A stretch of 38,225 nucleotides of DNA. It comes from Bdellovibrionales bacterium. Its GTDB lineage: Bacteria; Pseudomonadota; Alphaproteobacteria; UBA9219. The notes under the pieces were generated by a model. It searched no databases. It was not told the origin of the DNA and saw only the letters and a program-made list of their open reading frames with translations. Below are positions 9,615-18,607 of this stretch, in pieces; position 1 is the stretch's first letter; each line of letters begins with the position of its first letter. The DNA is taken from assembly GCA_041650075.1 (NCBI GenBank), contig JBAZLX010000001.1:1-38225 (forward strand), read 5' to 3'. The translations under genes were made by a program, and so were the position numbers.

Positions 9615-9922
9615 TATTTCCAGCCTTCACCGGTCATAATATGAATAGTTGTAGTTCCTGCCGCTACGCCGAGATAGCTTAGAACGTTTTCGCCCTTAGA
9701 TTTAGTAAGAGCTACTTGTGCTCCTGCTGGGACTGGAAAGTCTGCCGCCGTTGCCGTTACAGAATCTGTACCGATACAAACATAAGCAATATTGCTTCCG
9801 GTATTAGTAACCATCACATTGAAGGAATTATGATTGATTGTTACCGAAGCCGCCCCCGCTGATGTTGCTGTCACGGTTTGACCGCTTTTGTAATGTGGTG
9901 AAAATGGTTGTAATGCTGCCAT
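9614..9922 (-). CDS. Hypothetical structural protein
   Basis: 102-aa Thr/Ala/Gly/Val-rich ORF in the head-tail junction operon. No motif recognised. Confidence 0.6.
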   Translation of the reverse strand: MAALQPFSPHYKSGQTVTATSAGAASVTINHNSFNVMVTNTGSNIAYVCIGTDSVTATAADFPVPAGAQVALTKSKGENVLSYLGVAAGTTTIHIMTGEGWK

Positions 9923-9931
9923 GTGTTTTCC

Positions 9932-10393
9932 TTATCCGATTCGAAACCAAGATAGTGCTGGCTTGTCATATTTTAGCGTAAAGAACGCATTCGCCGCCAA
10001 TGTCGTAGGCGCTCCAGTAACAGCCGTTGCTCCGTTTGCCCCGATGGTTAAAGTCGTTACAGCCTGAGTACAATTTACAAGCACCATTTGCCCATCAAGA
10101 CAGTTGGATGCCGCTGGTAGAGTGATCGTACCCGCCGCGAATCCTGCCGTTGGTGTGAGGATTAAGTGGATAGAGTCTTGGCTATCCGTTACCGACACAG
10201 TAAAGCCAGTTGCCGAAGGTGCAGAGTATTGTGTGATATACCCGCTCATGTTTGCGGAGATATTTGCCGTGATGTAGTCGGTGATCTCCGTTAGTGTGAT
10301 CTTTCGTGTATCCGCTACTCTTGGATCTGATACTGCGAAAACAAGCGCCCCGCTTACTGATGATACAGACGAATAATTGCTTATATATGCCAT
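9932..10393 (-). CDS. Hypothetical structural protein
   Basis: 153-aa Thr/Ala/Ser-rich ORF directly downstream of the gp4-like adaptor gene. Confidence 0.6.
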   Translation of the reverse strand: MAYISNYSSVSSVSGALVFAVSDPRVADTRKITLTEITDYITANISANMSGYITQYSAPSATGFTVSVTDSQDSIHLILTPTAGFAAGTITLPAASNCLDGQMVLVNCTQAVTTLTIGANGATAVTGAPTTLAANAFFTLKYDKPALSWFRIG

Positions 10394-10402
10394 GCGATTC
10401 CT

Positions 10403-10882
10403 TTAGTTAAATTGACCGACAACGCCATCGTTATCGCTTGGTAAATCTTCTGCTCTAAGAAGATAAGGAGAGTAGAATTTACGCCATTTATTCCCTTGCC
10501 CTGCTGGGATCGTTTGACTGCCTTGACGCTCTTGAATCGTCATATTTTTAGCCATTGCTACGTTAAACGCCCTAAATGCCTCTTGTTTCATCTCGGGGGC
10601 AATCTGCTTCCCAAATGCAGGAGCTAAGCGAATCGCAAGATTTAGATATACAGCTTCATTAACTGAATCCGGCACATTAGAGTCCTCATCTAAATCTCCC
10701 TCATTTGGGTTTGACGGGATAGGATAAGCAAGACGCATACCCTTAGCGTTCCATGTTGCCATCATAGCATCGAGACGTTTGCGCCCCATCTCTAACATTT
10801 CAGGGGGTAGATCGAAGTTATAGCTTCCTATTCCTATCTCCTCAAATGCGGAAAGTACGAATTGTCGTTTAGTCCACGACAT
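10403..10882 (-). CDS. Head-to-tail adaptor, P22 gp4-like
   Basis: 159 aa. FVLSAFEEIGIGS...RLDAMMATWNAKG...AVYLNLAIRLAPAF...IPAGQGN parallels remembered P22 gp4 (LVRAALRKLGVAS...DLEAMMAEWYQDG...VFHNLACRIAPDY...MPTGSGN). Confidence 0.75.
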   Translation of the reverse strand: MSWTKRQFVLSAFEEIGIGSYNFDLPPEMLEMGRKRLDAMMATWNAKGMRLAYPIPSNPNEGDLDEDSNVPDSVNEAVYLNLAIRLAPAFGKQIAPEMKQEAFRAFNVAMAKNMTIQERQGSQTIPAGQGNKWRKFYSPYLLRAEDLPSDNDGVVGQFN

Positions 10883-11168
10883 TTAGAGCCTCTTCGATCT
10901 TCGCCATTAAAGATTCATTTGTAGTTTTGTAATTAAACTTGATGCCGAGTTCTTTCGCTTTGACTTCCATCTCTTTGCGTGTAACGTCACCATCTAAATC
11001 CGCATCTCCTTTTGCTTCTGCATCTGCTACGGCTTCTTGAGCTGTGCGGAACCATCCATCGTTTAGCTTCTCTTCGATGTCATCCTCGTCAACGATAGCG
11101 GTATCATATTCGATACCTTCCCATTTAATTTCACTACCGAGCTTATAAAGCATTGTTGCGTTTTTCAT
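10869..11168 (-). CDS. Hypothetical acidic head protein with a C-terminal HeH/SAP-like helix pair
   Basis: 99-aa ORF between the decoration-like and adaptor genes, overlapping the adaptor start by 14 nt. Confidence 0.6.
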   Translation of the reverse strand: MKNATMLYKLGSEIKWEGIEYDTAIVDEDDIEEKLNDGWFRTAQEAVADAEAKGDADLDGDVTRKEMEVKAKELGIKFNYKTTNESLMAKIEEALNVVD

Positions 11169-11233
11169 TTCTTCTTACCTTTCTGATACGGCTTAGGCTT
11201 TGATTGCCCCATTTTCTTTTTATCACACGGCAT
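11165..11233 (-). CDS. Lys-rich 22-aa micro-ORF (MPCDKKKMGQSKPKPYQKGKKK)
   Basis: Hand translated. AAGGGGA lies 4 nt upstream of the ATG at 11233. Its TGA forms an ATGA overlap with the start of the 10869..11168 gene. Too short for the ORF track. Confidence 0.4.
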   Translation of the reverse strand: MPCDKKKMGQSKPKPYQKGKKK

Positions 11234-11281
11234 ATTATCCCCTTATGTTCTAAAGTTGGTACGAATACCGACTTATGAAAC

Positions 11282-11301
11282 ATAAGAGCCGAAGCTCTTA
11301 T
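11282..11301 (-). terminator. Stem-loop / intrinsic terminator candidate after the decoration-like gene
   Basis: On the minus strand: ATAAGAGC-TTCG-GCTCTTAT, a perfect 8-bp stem with a TTCG loop starting right after the stop codon. It is followed by GTTTCAT, so the U-tract is short. Confidence 0.5.
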
Positions 11302-11303
11302 TA

Positions 11304-12074
11304 TTAAGCGATATCGCCAACATTTGTCCAAAGCATAGTAATGGTTCCGGTAAACGTTCCGGTTCCTGATGTATGCGTTACATCATCTGCAACAACAACA
11401 TTTAGATAAACATCTTTGGCTGTTGCTGTACCGTTAAGCAATGTCATAGACGCTGAAGTCGCACCTACCGCAGCAACCTTAGTGGCAGCAGTTCCGTTCG
11501 CTACGGATGCCATAATGTCCGCTTCTGTTCCAGTGAGCGTTGCCCCAGTTGTAGCAGTAGCAGTACCAAGCGCAACGTTACTTGTAAACGCATTAATGAT
11601 TGTACCAGTGGTTCCGAGTGTTAAATTACCAGCCACAACACAGCCGACAACTGAAATCGCTCCTTCTGGAAGATCATAGATTTTTCCAGCTCCGCCGTAT
11701 TGCGCTACGCCTGCATCATCTGTAATGGTGATCGGTGTTGCCGTGAGTGTCAAAACTGTCTTATTAATAACTCCGTCTGAATATTCAGCGGCAGTAACGG
11801 TGCTTCCGCTTTTGATTCCCACATTCGTAAGCGTTCCGTATGTGTAATTTACTTCAGACGCTCCTGCCTCGATACGGATAGGGGTATTAATAGAGAACGC
11901 ATCTGATACATATTGAACGCCAGCCGTTGTAGTTGTCAATAGGTTCCATGAATCAGGGTGGTTTGTATAAGATACTTTTTGGTAAATCTTACAAGCGGTA
12001 TCACTGCGAACCTCTAGGCGACCGCCAGCATCAACAGTAAATTCACCTTTGCCAGTTGGGTAAACTTTTCCCAT
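11304..12074 (-). CDS. Putative capsid decoration / accessory head protein
   Basis: 256-aa Thr/Gly/Ala-rich ORF immediately after the coat gene and followed by a stem-loop. Assigned by position only. Confidence 0.45.
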   Translation of the reverse strand: MGKVYPTGKGEFTVDAGGRLEVRSDTACKIYQKVSYTNHPDSWNLLTTTTAGVQYVSDAFSINTPIRIEAGASEVNYTYGTLTNVGIKSGSTVTAAEYSDGVINKTVLTLTATPITITDDAGVAQYGGAGKIYDLPEGAISVVGCVVAGNLTLGTTGTIINAFTSNVALGTATATTGATLTGTEADIMASVANGTAATKVAAVGATSASMTLLNGTATAKDVYLNVVVADDVTHTSGTGTFTGTITMLWTNVGDIA

Positions 12075-12109
12075 GTTTTTTCCTTTGTTTTAGTTGCTAA
12101 CCGCTAGGG

Positions 12110-13375
12110 TTAGCTTTGAGAGAAGAGCATGATGCCCGACATTTCAGGGTTGAGATTTACAACACCGAATCGAGAGTCAAAACGATACTCATAGTTGAGT
12201 GTTTTGTTGTTAAGGAACTTGATCATTACAAGCTCAATACCCTGAGAAGTTGAACCGCGCATAACCTCAGCGCCTGAACCCGATTGAACTGGGATTGTAC
12301 CAGGTAGCAACTCAATAGAGTTTTTAGTCCAGAATGGGTTCATATAAGCACTAACGGTGTTCAAGAATACGATAGCCGCACCGTTTGCAGGTGTTGAATC
12401 TACGTTTTTGTAAATTTCTTCCGCAAGTGTTGATCCACCATTTGAAATAATAGCAGGGGTAATGGTTACAGTACCAGTTCCGCCAGCTCCAGTTTTAATC
12501 GCAGTGATACGGAATGTTTTCAACTGTGACGTTGCTTGCTTGGTGATGTGGTGAACTGAATATACCCCAGCGATAGTGAAACAATCCCCGACTTTAACTG
12601 TACCACTTGAAACAGTGATAGCAAGGTCTTGGAAGCGGTTATCTACGTTTGAGCGCTCACCAGTTGCAGCAGTACTTGTTGCGGCAGGAACATAATACTG
12701 ATTAGCACCGTTAATGGTTACAGATACACCAGCGGCGGCAGTTAGACGGTTGGTGTAGTTCAATTTGAACGTTTCAAACCCTGCGACATCTCCGACGTAT
12801 GATTTCTCATAAGCAGCCGTCGGCTTCTCGTTGATTGTCTGACGTGCAGCCAAGTTGCTTGCCATACCGTTGTAGTCACGAGCGGAAAGAGCCAAGCGGC
12901 GATCAAATTCATTAATACCAAGTTCATCAAATGTTGCAGACGCTTCCGCTACATCATCATAACCACTTGCGGCAGTCGTACGTTTAACTACAACAGATCC
13001 ATAAGCTGTGGCTGCATCAAGAACAGCACGGTTAACATCTGATCCGATCTTCTGACGTGCAGAATCACCAAGACGCTTTTCTTGCAACATATCACGGAGC
13101 TCAGTTGCAGTCATTTGCCACGGCACTGATTTGTGATATCCGATGGTAGCAGGGACAGACAATTGAGTGTATGATCCGAAATTACCAGTCTGATCAGAGC
13201 CGTCAAACGACTTAGCAACATAAGGTTGTGGACGCCAGATTTGGTCGCCTGAGCGCTCCATAATGGTTGGATCTGTTTTATAGATGTTGACGTTATGAGA
13301 CATTACCATTGCATCTTCAAAGCCTTCTAGGATTTGTTCAAAGGCAACCGTCTCTTGTTTGGAAAAATTAGACAT
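12110..13375 (-). CDS. Major capsid protein, P22 coat-like
   Basis: 421 aa, against about 430 for P22 gp5. The segment NVDNRFQDLAITVSSGTVKVGDCFTIAGV parallels remembered P22 [28 protein letters not shown]. It follows the scaffold gene. Confidence 0.85.
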   Translation of the reverse strand: MSNFSKQETVAFEQILEGFEDAMVMSHNVNIYKTDPTIMERSGDQIWRPQPYVAKSFDGSDQTGNFGSYTQLSVPATIGYHKSVPWQMTATELRDMLQEKRLGDSARQKIGSDVNRAVLDAATAYGSVVVKRTTAASGYDDVAEASATFDELGINEFDRRLALSARDYNGMASNLAARQTINEKPTAAYEKSYVGDVAGFETFKLNYTNRLTAAAGVSVTINGANQYYVPAATSTAATGERSNVDNRFQDLAITVSSGTVKVGDCFTIAGVYSVHHITKQATSQLKTFRITAIKTGAGGTGTVTITPAIISNGGSTLAEEIYKNVDSTPANGAAIVFLNTVSAYMNPFWTKNSIELLPGTIPVQSGSGAEVMRGSTSQGIELVMIKFLNNKTLNYEYRFDSRFGVVNLNPEMSGIMLFSQS

Positions 13376-13387
13376 TTAGTGATCTCC

Positions 13388-14221
13388 TTATTTCTTTTTG
13401 AGTGATCTTTTGTAGGCCATTAGTTTCGACGTATCGCCCGTTTTTGTAGCTTCTTCTCTTAATCGATCAAGAGTGGCATCTACTTTTTCGGAATGTGCCG
13501 AACCTTTGACAACTCGTTCGGGAGCTGGTGCCGTTTTGCGCGACACATTCAGCTTGCCTTGTAACTCAGCCAGAGCAAACGCAAACTTAATAGGGTTTGT
13601 GATCTTGGATAGCTCCTCAATCTTCGCCTTATTCTTTCCAAGTGCATAGACTACTGCCGCAGGGTTAGTGGCTCCTTGCAAGATTACGGCTTGCTGTTCA
13701 ATAGACAGTTTACCCGTAACCACTTCCTCTGCAATTTCGAAGTCTGGTACTTTTAAAGCGTTACGCGACGTAGTATATGCTTCAAGAGTATTTGACCACT
13801 CTTTCTGCTGTGCTTCTTGCACCTTAGCTTGCTCTTTTTGTCGTTCATCATGGACTAGCTTTTCGCTGTGCCATTTCTCGATTGCGGCCTCGTACTCTTC
13901 TGCATCATAATCAAAGTCTTCAAGTTTTGGCTTGATCGGAGCCGATACAGTTGTTTGCTCCGGCTGTTTAACTCGATTTAGCTCTTCTTTAAGCTTTTGA
14001 TTTTCCGCTTGTTGTGCGCGATAGCTTTTACGCAAATCGCGAACCCATGCAGGTGCTTTTTGCGAAACCTCTTCTTCTTGATCGGGAGGCGTTTCCCCAG
14101 CGATACTTACGACATCGATTTCTTCATCTTCCGCTTCTGAGTTTTCATCCTCATCGCTTCCGGTATCGATTTCAATATCCGTACCTTCTTCTACCATTTC
14201 GTCAAGATCGTCTTCTAGCAT
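13388..14221 (-). CDS. Scaffolding protein
   Basis: 277 aa, directly upstream of the coat gene. Very acidic N-terminus, charged helical core, basic C-terminus (KRSLKKK). Assigned by position and composition. Confidence 0.6.
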   Translation of the reverse strand: MLEDDLDEMVEEGTDIEIDTGSDEDENSEAEDEEIDVVSIAGETPPDQEEEVSQKAPAWVRDLRKSYRAQQAENQKLKEELNRVKQPEQTTVSAPIKPKLEDFDYDAEEYEAAIEKWHSEKLVHDERQKEQAKVQEAQQKEWSNTLEAYTTSRNALKVPDFEIAEEVVTGKLSIEQQAVILQGATNPAAVVYALGKNKAKIEELSKITNPIKFAFALAELQGKLNVSRKTAPAPERVVKGSAHSEKVDATLDRLREEATKTGDTSKLMAYKRSLKKK

Positions 14222-14249
14222 TTATTCTCCATTATTTTTGGGTATAAAA

Positions 14250-14278
14250 ATATTAGCGGTTTTTTGAATATGGCGCAA
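14250..14278 (-). promoter_or_regulatory. Candidate sigma70 promoter for the scaffold-coat genes
   Basis: Minus strand TTGCGC, 17-nt spacer, TAATAT, about 25 nt upstream of the scaffold ATG, which has a GGAG SD. Confidence 0.4.
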
Positions 14279-14299
14279 ATAGATTAAATCTTTAATGTT

Positions 14300-14327
14300 T
14301 TGTAAAGCAATAACGTGTTAATATAGT
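14300..14327 (+). promoter_or_regulatory. Sigma70-type promoter of the opposite-strand cassette
   Basis: TTGTAA, 16-nt spacer, TATAGT, followed by GAGGAG and the ATG at 14346. Confidence 0.55.
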
Positions 14328-14345
14328 GTCTTATGAGGAGATAAA

Positions 14346-14534
14346 ATGATGACAAAATATAGAGTGGTCTATAACCGAGGATGGTATTATCCCCAATTTA
14401 AGAAATGGTGGATGCCATTTTATGTGCCTTGCTTTTGGTTTGGGATGAATAATGATGATTATTCTACTTTGGACAGCGCTAAAAAAATAATAGCCTTGCA
14501 TAAAATTTCCGGGAAAACAGTATATGAGGAATAA
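14346..14534 (+). CDS. Hypothetical small aromatic-rich protein (cassette gene 1)
   Basis: 62-aa ORF with a strong SD (GAGGAG 5 nt upstream), on the strand opposite the surrounding structural operon. Confidence 0.6.
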   Translation: MMTKYRVVYNRGWYYPQFKKWWMPFYVPCFWFGMNNDDYSTLDSAKKIIALHKISGKTVYEE

Positions 14535-14544
14535 CCTTAAATGA

Positions 14545-14808
14545 ATGGACACCTTAATGAATAAAAAGACATATAAGAAAAAGCCAAAAGAGTGCGAGAT
14601 GTGCGGAACTGTCAAAGAAATGACGGCACGTGGGAAGTGGTGTTCCAATCGATGCAAGCAGGAAAACAAGAATAGTAAAAGTAAAAATGCCGTTGCGGTT
14701 TTGGATATTGTGAAATTCATGATTGTAGATGATCATAAGATAGAAGCATTTACTTGGGTGAATGACAAGCAGTTCAGTGAGATGTTCCCACCGATGCAAG
14801 GAGATTAA
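14545..14808 (+). CDS. Hypothetical zinc-ribbon protein (cassette gene 2)
   Basis: 87 aa with N-terminal CEMCG-x11-CSNRC. The start is uncertain (14545 or 14557). Confidence 0.55.
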   Translation: MDTLMNKKTYKKKPKECEMCGTVKEMTARGKWCSNRCKQENKNSKSKNAVAVLDIVKFMIVDDHKIEAFTWVNDKQFSEMFPPMQGD

Positions 14809-15162
14809 ATGACACAAAATGAAAATTTTATAAGAAAAGTTAAACAACTCGAGCAAGATTGTAAGCTTGGCAAAATGGAGGTAGAAGCTCTTATAGTTCC
14901 TGACATTATTGATTTGTCGTGCCATTCTGCGATAAGGATTAAATTGATTAATGGGGAATATGTTGATATTAGAATGCGGACTAGAATGTGGGAAGACACG
15001 CAACCACATAATTGCGAATATGGTGGGTACGGGGACGCTGTGACATATTGTACGGAGCTTGCCAATGGTTTTTTAGAGGTAGGTAATGATACAGGAAATG
15101 GAAACTTTGTAAACTTCTGCCCATTCTGCGGGTATGAAGCAAAAGTTAAAATAGAATTGTGA
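14809..15162 (+). CDS. Hypothetical Cys/His-containing protein (cassette gene 3)
   Basis: 117 aa, with AAGGAGA 7 nt upstream and the start abutting the previous stop. Contains PHNC and a C-terminal CPFCG knuckle. Confidence 0.6.
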   Translation: MTQNENFIRKVKQLEQDCKLGKMEVEALIVPDIIDLSCHSAIRIKLINGEYVDIRMRTRMWEDTQPHNCEYGGYGDAVTYCTELANGFLEVGNDTGNGNFVNFCPFCGYEAKVKIEL

Positions 15163-15171
15163 ACAAGGGAC

Positions 15172-17202
15172 TTATTGCCCCTCATTACCCATAGTCATCT
15201 CATTAATCTGTTTAGCTGTATTAATAATATGCTCTCTGCCTTGACGTGTAAGATTTGTTAGCGTCTCTTCTGTCTCTGCTTTTGTCTCTTCCGCCTTAGC
15301 CATTGCAAGTGCTGTGTCTGCTTGCGCCTTCATTGATTTCGCCTGAGCCTCTTGTGCCGCTGCTTGTAGATACTGCGCTTGCGGGTCTGGTTGCTGATTC
15401 TGCATCTCTGCGATAAGGTCTTGCTCTTCTTGTTTAGTAGGCGTTACCACTCCCATACGTAATAGTTGTTTGCGATAGTATTTACGGATATCCCCAAGCC
15501 CTTCTCCTTCCATGTTCATAAGAGCCGCAGCACCTAATACTTTTACATCGCTTGGGTCAGTTGTAATCTGCATCATGCCGGTTAGCGCACGAACTACTGA
15601 GGCCTTACGAGATGATGATGAAGGCCCAACATCTACGGAGATATCCATCTTGGCTTCAGATAGATCATTCTTTCTTTTGATAGTTCCTTCTTCATCGAAA
15701 ACCTGTTCGTTCAATTTTACATAATTAATTTCTTCTTGGGTTCCGATAGATTTCATTTTTCTATCATCTTCCACATAAATATCACTTGCCATCGATAGCC
15801 AAACCTTAGCGGCGTGCTTGATCGTTTTAGCAAAGTTAGACACATAGATGAACGATTGCATATCAAGACGGTTTTGAATCATCTCAACTGCTTTTCCTGA
15901 GATATTACTAACTACTTGCTCTCCTGCTTGCTGATTGCCCAAGATGTCATTCATGTCGGTATCTGATAGCTGGATCAATGCCGCTAATGTTGCCGGAACA
16001 TTCGGTGGGCGAACGTAATCTGTAGCTCCTTGATTTACACTATTTCCATTTGAGTCCATGACTGGGTTAATGAGCAAGTACGGATAATTCTTAACATCAT
16101 CTTCCGACCATCGCTGCTCATGACCTGCTACCTGTTCAGGAGTAAAAATAGGTTTTTCATAAGATGTTTTTGAACTGATCTCTGCAAGCTTTGAAATCTG
16201 CATATTTTTAAGACGTTGAGCATCTTTAACATATCTGATGGCTCCAGCACATCGCTCTACATTATCAATAAACCATCGTTGTCCGTAAAATGGAATAATA
16301 GGAATGTATTTGCCTGCAATGATCCCGCAATCTTCAATTACTCTTGCACCGTCTATAATGTATTTGTGTACTTTTTTACGCTTAATTTTGCGGGTACGTA
16401 CCTCTTTAAAGCCTCTATCATTTAATTCGATTAGTTTTTCTTCAGTAAGATCCGAGTGTTTATATTTTTCACTCTCTCCCATCATGCCTTCAAAGATATG
16501 AATCGTTTCGGTTTTCTCTTCAAACTTATAGTATTCAGCTACATACACAACTTCAGGGCTAAACCAGTCAAAATATCTCTGATGGATTGTCTTATAAAGA
16601 GATGATGGGAATTCCCCAAACTCTTCCTCGTATGCCTCTGGTGTTTTGGCGATCATAACAAAAGCATAGACCCCGTCCGATTTATCGTATCTTTTTGCAT
16701 TTAGGTCAAAGAATACAGACGTATCTGCGTCATAAATTGGCTCAAATAAAATGCGTTGCTTTTCGTTTTCGTCGTCCTCGTCGTCTTCGTAGTCTGAGCG
16801 CAAACGAAACGCACCGAATCCGCCCATACATCCTTCCTCAAAACAGTTGTCGTATGCTTCATCACCCTGACTGTCTTGTTCATCTGCACGGAATAGCCCT
16901 GCACACGTATCAGCTAGATCATCATACTCATCGCCCTCTTTGCTTGTAAACATTGCAGAGATTTTATTATTGCGATATTCTGAAAATATACGCTTGACCG
17001 CTAAATTGGCTTTATTTACTTCAATCTTCGGCTTATTCTCAAATTGTTCCCCGAGTGTGCCTTCCCATTGTGCACCTGGAATAGTGGCGAAGCGTCGGTC
17101 TTGTAAACACTGCATACGCTCGTCGCGCTGTACTTTTTGGATAATATCAAACGCTTTGATAGCTTCAGTATGAATCTGTCGGAGTTTTTCTTCTTTGCTC
17201 AT
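15172..17202 (-). CDS. Portal protein, P22-type
   Basis: 676 aa. GAFRLRSDYEDDEDD...EPIYDADTSVFFDLNAKRYDKSD and KRKKVHKYIIDGARVIEDCGIIAGKYIPIIPFYG...DAQRLKNMQIS closely parallel remembered P22 gp1 (GAWRLVTDYEDQ..., [34 protein letters not shown]...DGQRLRNMIMS). Confidence 0.9.
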   Translation of the reverse strand: MSKEEKLRQIHTEAIKAFDIIQKVQRDERMQCLQDRRFATIPGAQWEGTLGEQFENKPKIEVNKANLAVKRIFSEYRNNKISAMFTSKEGDEYDDLADTCAGLFRADEQDSQGDEAYDNCFEEGCMGGFGAFRLRSDYEDDEDDENEKQRILFEPIYDADTSVFFDLNAKRYDKSDGVYAFVMIAKTPEAYEEEFGEFPSSLYKTIHQRYFDWFSPEVVYVAEYYKFEEKTETIHIFEGMMGESEKYKHSDLTEEKLIELNDRGFKEVRTRKIKRKKVHKYIIDGARVIEDCGIIAGKYIPIIPFYGQRWFIDNVERCAGAIRYVKDAQRLKNMQISKLAEISSKTSYEKPIFTPEQVAGHEQRWSEDDVKNYPYLLINPVMDSNGNSVNQGATDYVRPPNVPATLAALIQLSDTDMNDILGNQQAGEQVVSNISGKAVEMIQNRLDMQSFIYVSNFAKTIKHAAKVWLSMASDIYVEDDRKMKSIGTQEEINYVKLNEQVFDEEGTIKRKNDLSEAKMDISVDVGPSSSSRKASVVRALTGMMQITTDPSDVKVLGAAALMNMEGEGLGDIRKYYRKQLLRMGVVTPTKQEEQDLIAEMQNQQPDPQAQYLQAAAQEAQAKSMKAQADTALAMAKAEETKAETEETLTNLTRQGREHIINTAKQINEMTMGNEGQ

Positions 17203-17239
17203 AATGTCTCCTATTTTTGTTATTTTATCTTATTGTGTT

Positions 17240-18607
17240 TCATCGGGCAAACGGAGAGTAAGTTGGAATGCTTTCAACTTTTATTTCTTTACGATCTATG
17301 ACGATTGGGAACATATATGCTATTGGGTATGTGCCTGCATCTGTGTAGTCGTCAACTGTCCCAGCCCCTGCAAACTTATCAGGCTCGCCATTCTGATTAA
17401 AAGCGTGTTGCTCTAGAGCATTGGTGAATTTTGGACATAATACTGTATTAACCTTTAGCCTCATTTTTTCAAATTGATTGTTAACGATATTGTGACGATC
17501 TTTTACAGATGGGTTACGACCATTTACAAACACTTTAAACCCTGCATTACGCAACATATTAATATCTGTCTGTGACGCAGATGTCTTTTTAGCGTTACCG
17601 CTTGCATCTGGGTATATATTTATGACTCTATCTTTGTATTTATGCTTTATGTTATCAATGATTGTCTTGGTGTCGTAGCTCTCAAACTCATTAACGGCTA
17701 TTAGCTCATCTCCTCGCTTAACATATACGATAGACACACACCCCCCGATATTAAAATCCTGCCCGATGTAGAGCTCTTCTATTGTATTATCAATTTCGAT
17801 AGAGTGATGAGTGGTTCGCTTGAAGTATTTATAGATTGTTCCACTAGTTAAGTTTATAAATTCGCCATTAACATAAGCCTCAAATAGCTCACTCGGGTAT
17901 TGCTCTCTTAGTGTATCAATAAAGTCATCTGGTAAATTATGTAAGTTTGAGTAGGTGGAAGCTCTAATTAGAATGTCTGTATCTGGATTAAATCTTGTCA
18001 CAAAACGATCATGAAACCATTTAAAACCCTCTGGCGTTCCGGCAACGTCAATAGAATTAACCCAACATAGTGCTCCAACTCCATTATGCCAATAAGTTCC
18101 TTCCGGGGTAATTCCTGTAGTAACAAATTGGTAAAGAGTATCTTCATCTTCCACTGGTACTACTAAACGATTCCGCCCCAATATCTTTTTAAACGCCTTA
18201 TCCATAATGTGACGCTTGGGGATGTCTGTCTCATCTATCAGTGTATATCCAACTTGATAACCCACAATGCTCTCAGGCTCACTTAGGTTGCGGAATAGGG
18301 TTGTCCCTATCTTTTCCCCGCTATCATATAGCGAGAACTCTTTATCTGTCTTATTAAGCTTATATTCATACCCAAGAGCGTCAGCCACCGTAGGGAATCC
18401 ATCGAACGCGATATCTCTAATATCTCCATATGTAGGCAAATAATAAGCTGTTTTTGGAATTCGATCATCTATAATTTTTAGAAGAGTTTTAAGAGTTCCG
18501 ATATAGCTTTTCCCGCTACCGAATCCAGCCACAAAGCCACTATGTTTTTTTCTTGAAGTTAAAAAGTCATATTGCGGGGCTGATAGCTCAATCGTTTCTT
18601 CTAACAA
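17240..18607 (-). CDS. terL: Terminase large subunit
   Basis: 455 aa. Walker A GFGSGKS, Walker B-like YTLIDETD, C-terminal nuclease-type acidic residues. It lies between the small terminase and portal genes. Confidence 0.9.
   Translation of the reverse strand: MLEETIELSAPQYDFLTSRKKHSGFVAGFGSGKSYIGTLKTLLKIIDDRIPKTAYYLPTYGDIRDIAFDGFPTVADALGYEYKLNKTDKEFSLYDSGEKIGTTLFRNLSEPESIVGYQVGYTLIDETDIPKRHIMDKAFKKILGRNRLVVPVEDEDTLYQFVTTGITPEGTYWHNGVGALCWVNSIDVAGTPEGFKWFHDRFVTRFNPDTDILIRASTYSNLHNLPDDFIDTLREQYPSELFEAYVNGEFINLTSGTIYKYFKRTTHHSIEIDNTIEELYIGQDFNIGGCVSIVYVKRGDELIAVNEFESYDTKTIIDNIKHKYKDRVINIYPDASGNAKKTSASQTDINMLRNAGFKVFVNGRNPSVKDRHNIVNNQFEKMRLKVNTVLCPKFTNALEQHAFNQNGEPDKFAGAGTVDDYTDAGTYPIAYMFPIVIDRKEIKVESIPTYSPFAR

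Noticed and set aside
5883-9922. Paralogy between the 112-aa (5883..6221) and 102-aa (9614..9922) proteins
   Set aside because: Only short shared strings (VTNT..SN, and a G-T/S-rich segment near the C-terminus) are visible by eye. Given the shared Thr/Ala/Gly bias this is not distinguishable from chance without a proper alignment.
11143-11331. ORF 11143..11331 (62 aa)
   Set aside because: It spans the stem-loop and the stop of the decoration-like gene and has an implausible basic, Cys-containing sequence. The coupled 22-aa micro-ORF in another frame has far better signals.
14331-15185. Minus-strand ORFs 14331..14720, 14554..15009 and 14805..15185
   Set aside because: They are antisense to the three well-signalled plus-strand cassette genes. 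Their translations are low-complexity and Leu/Phe/Ile/Ser-rich, typical of AT-rich antisense frames, and they have no SDs.
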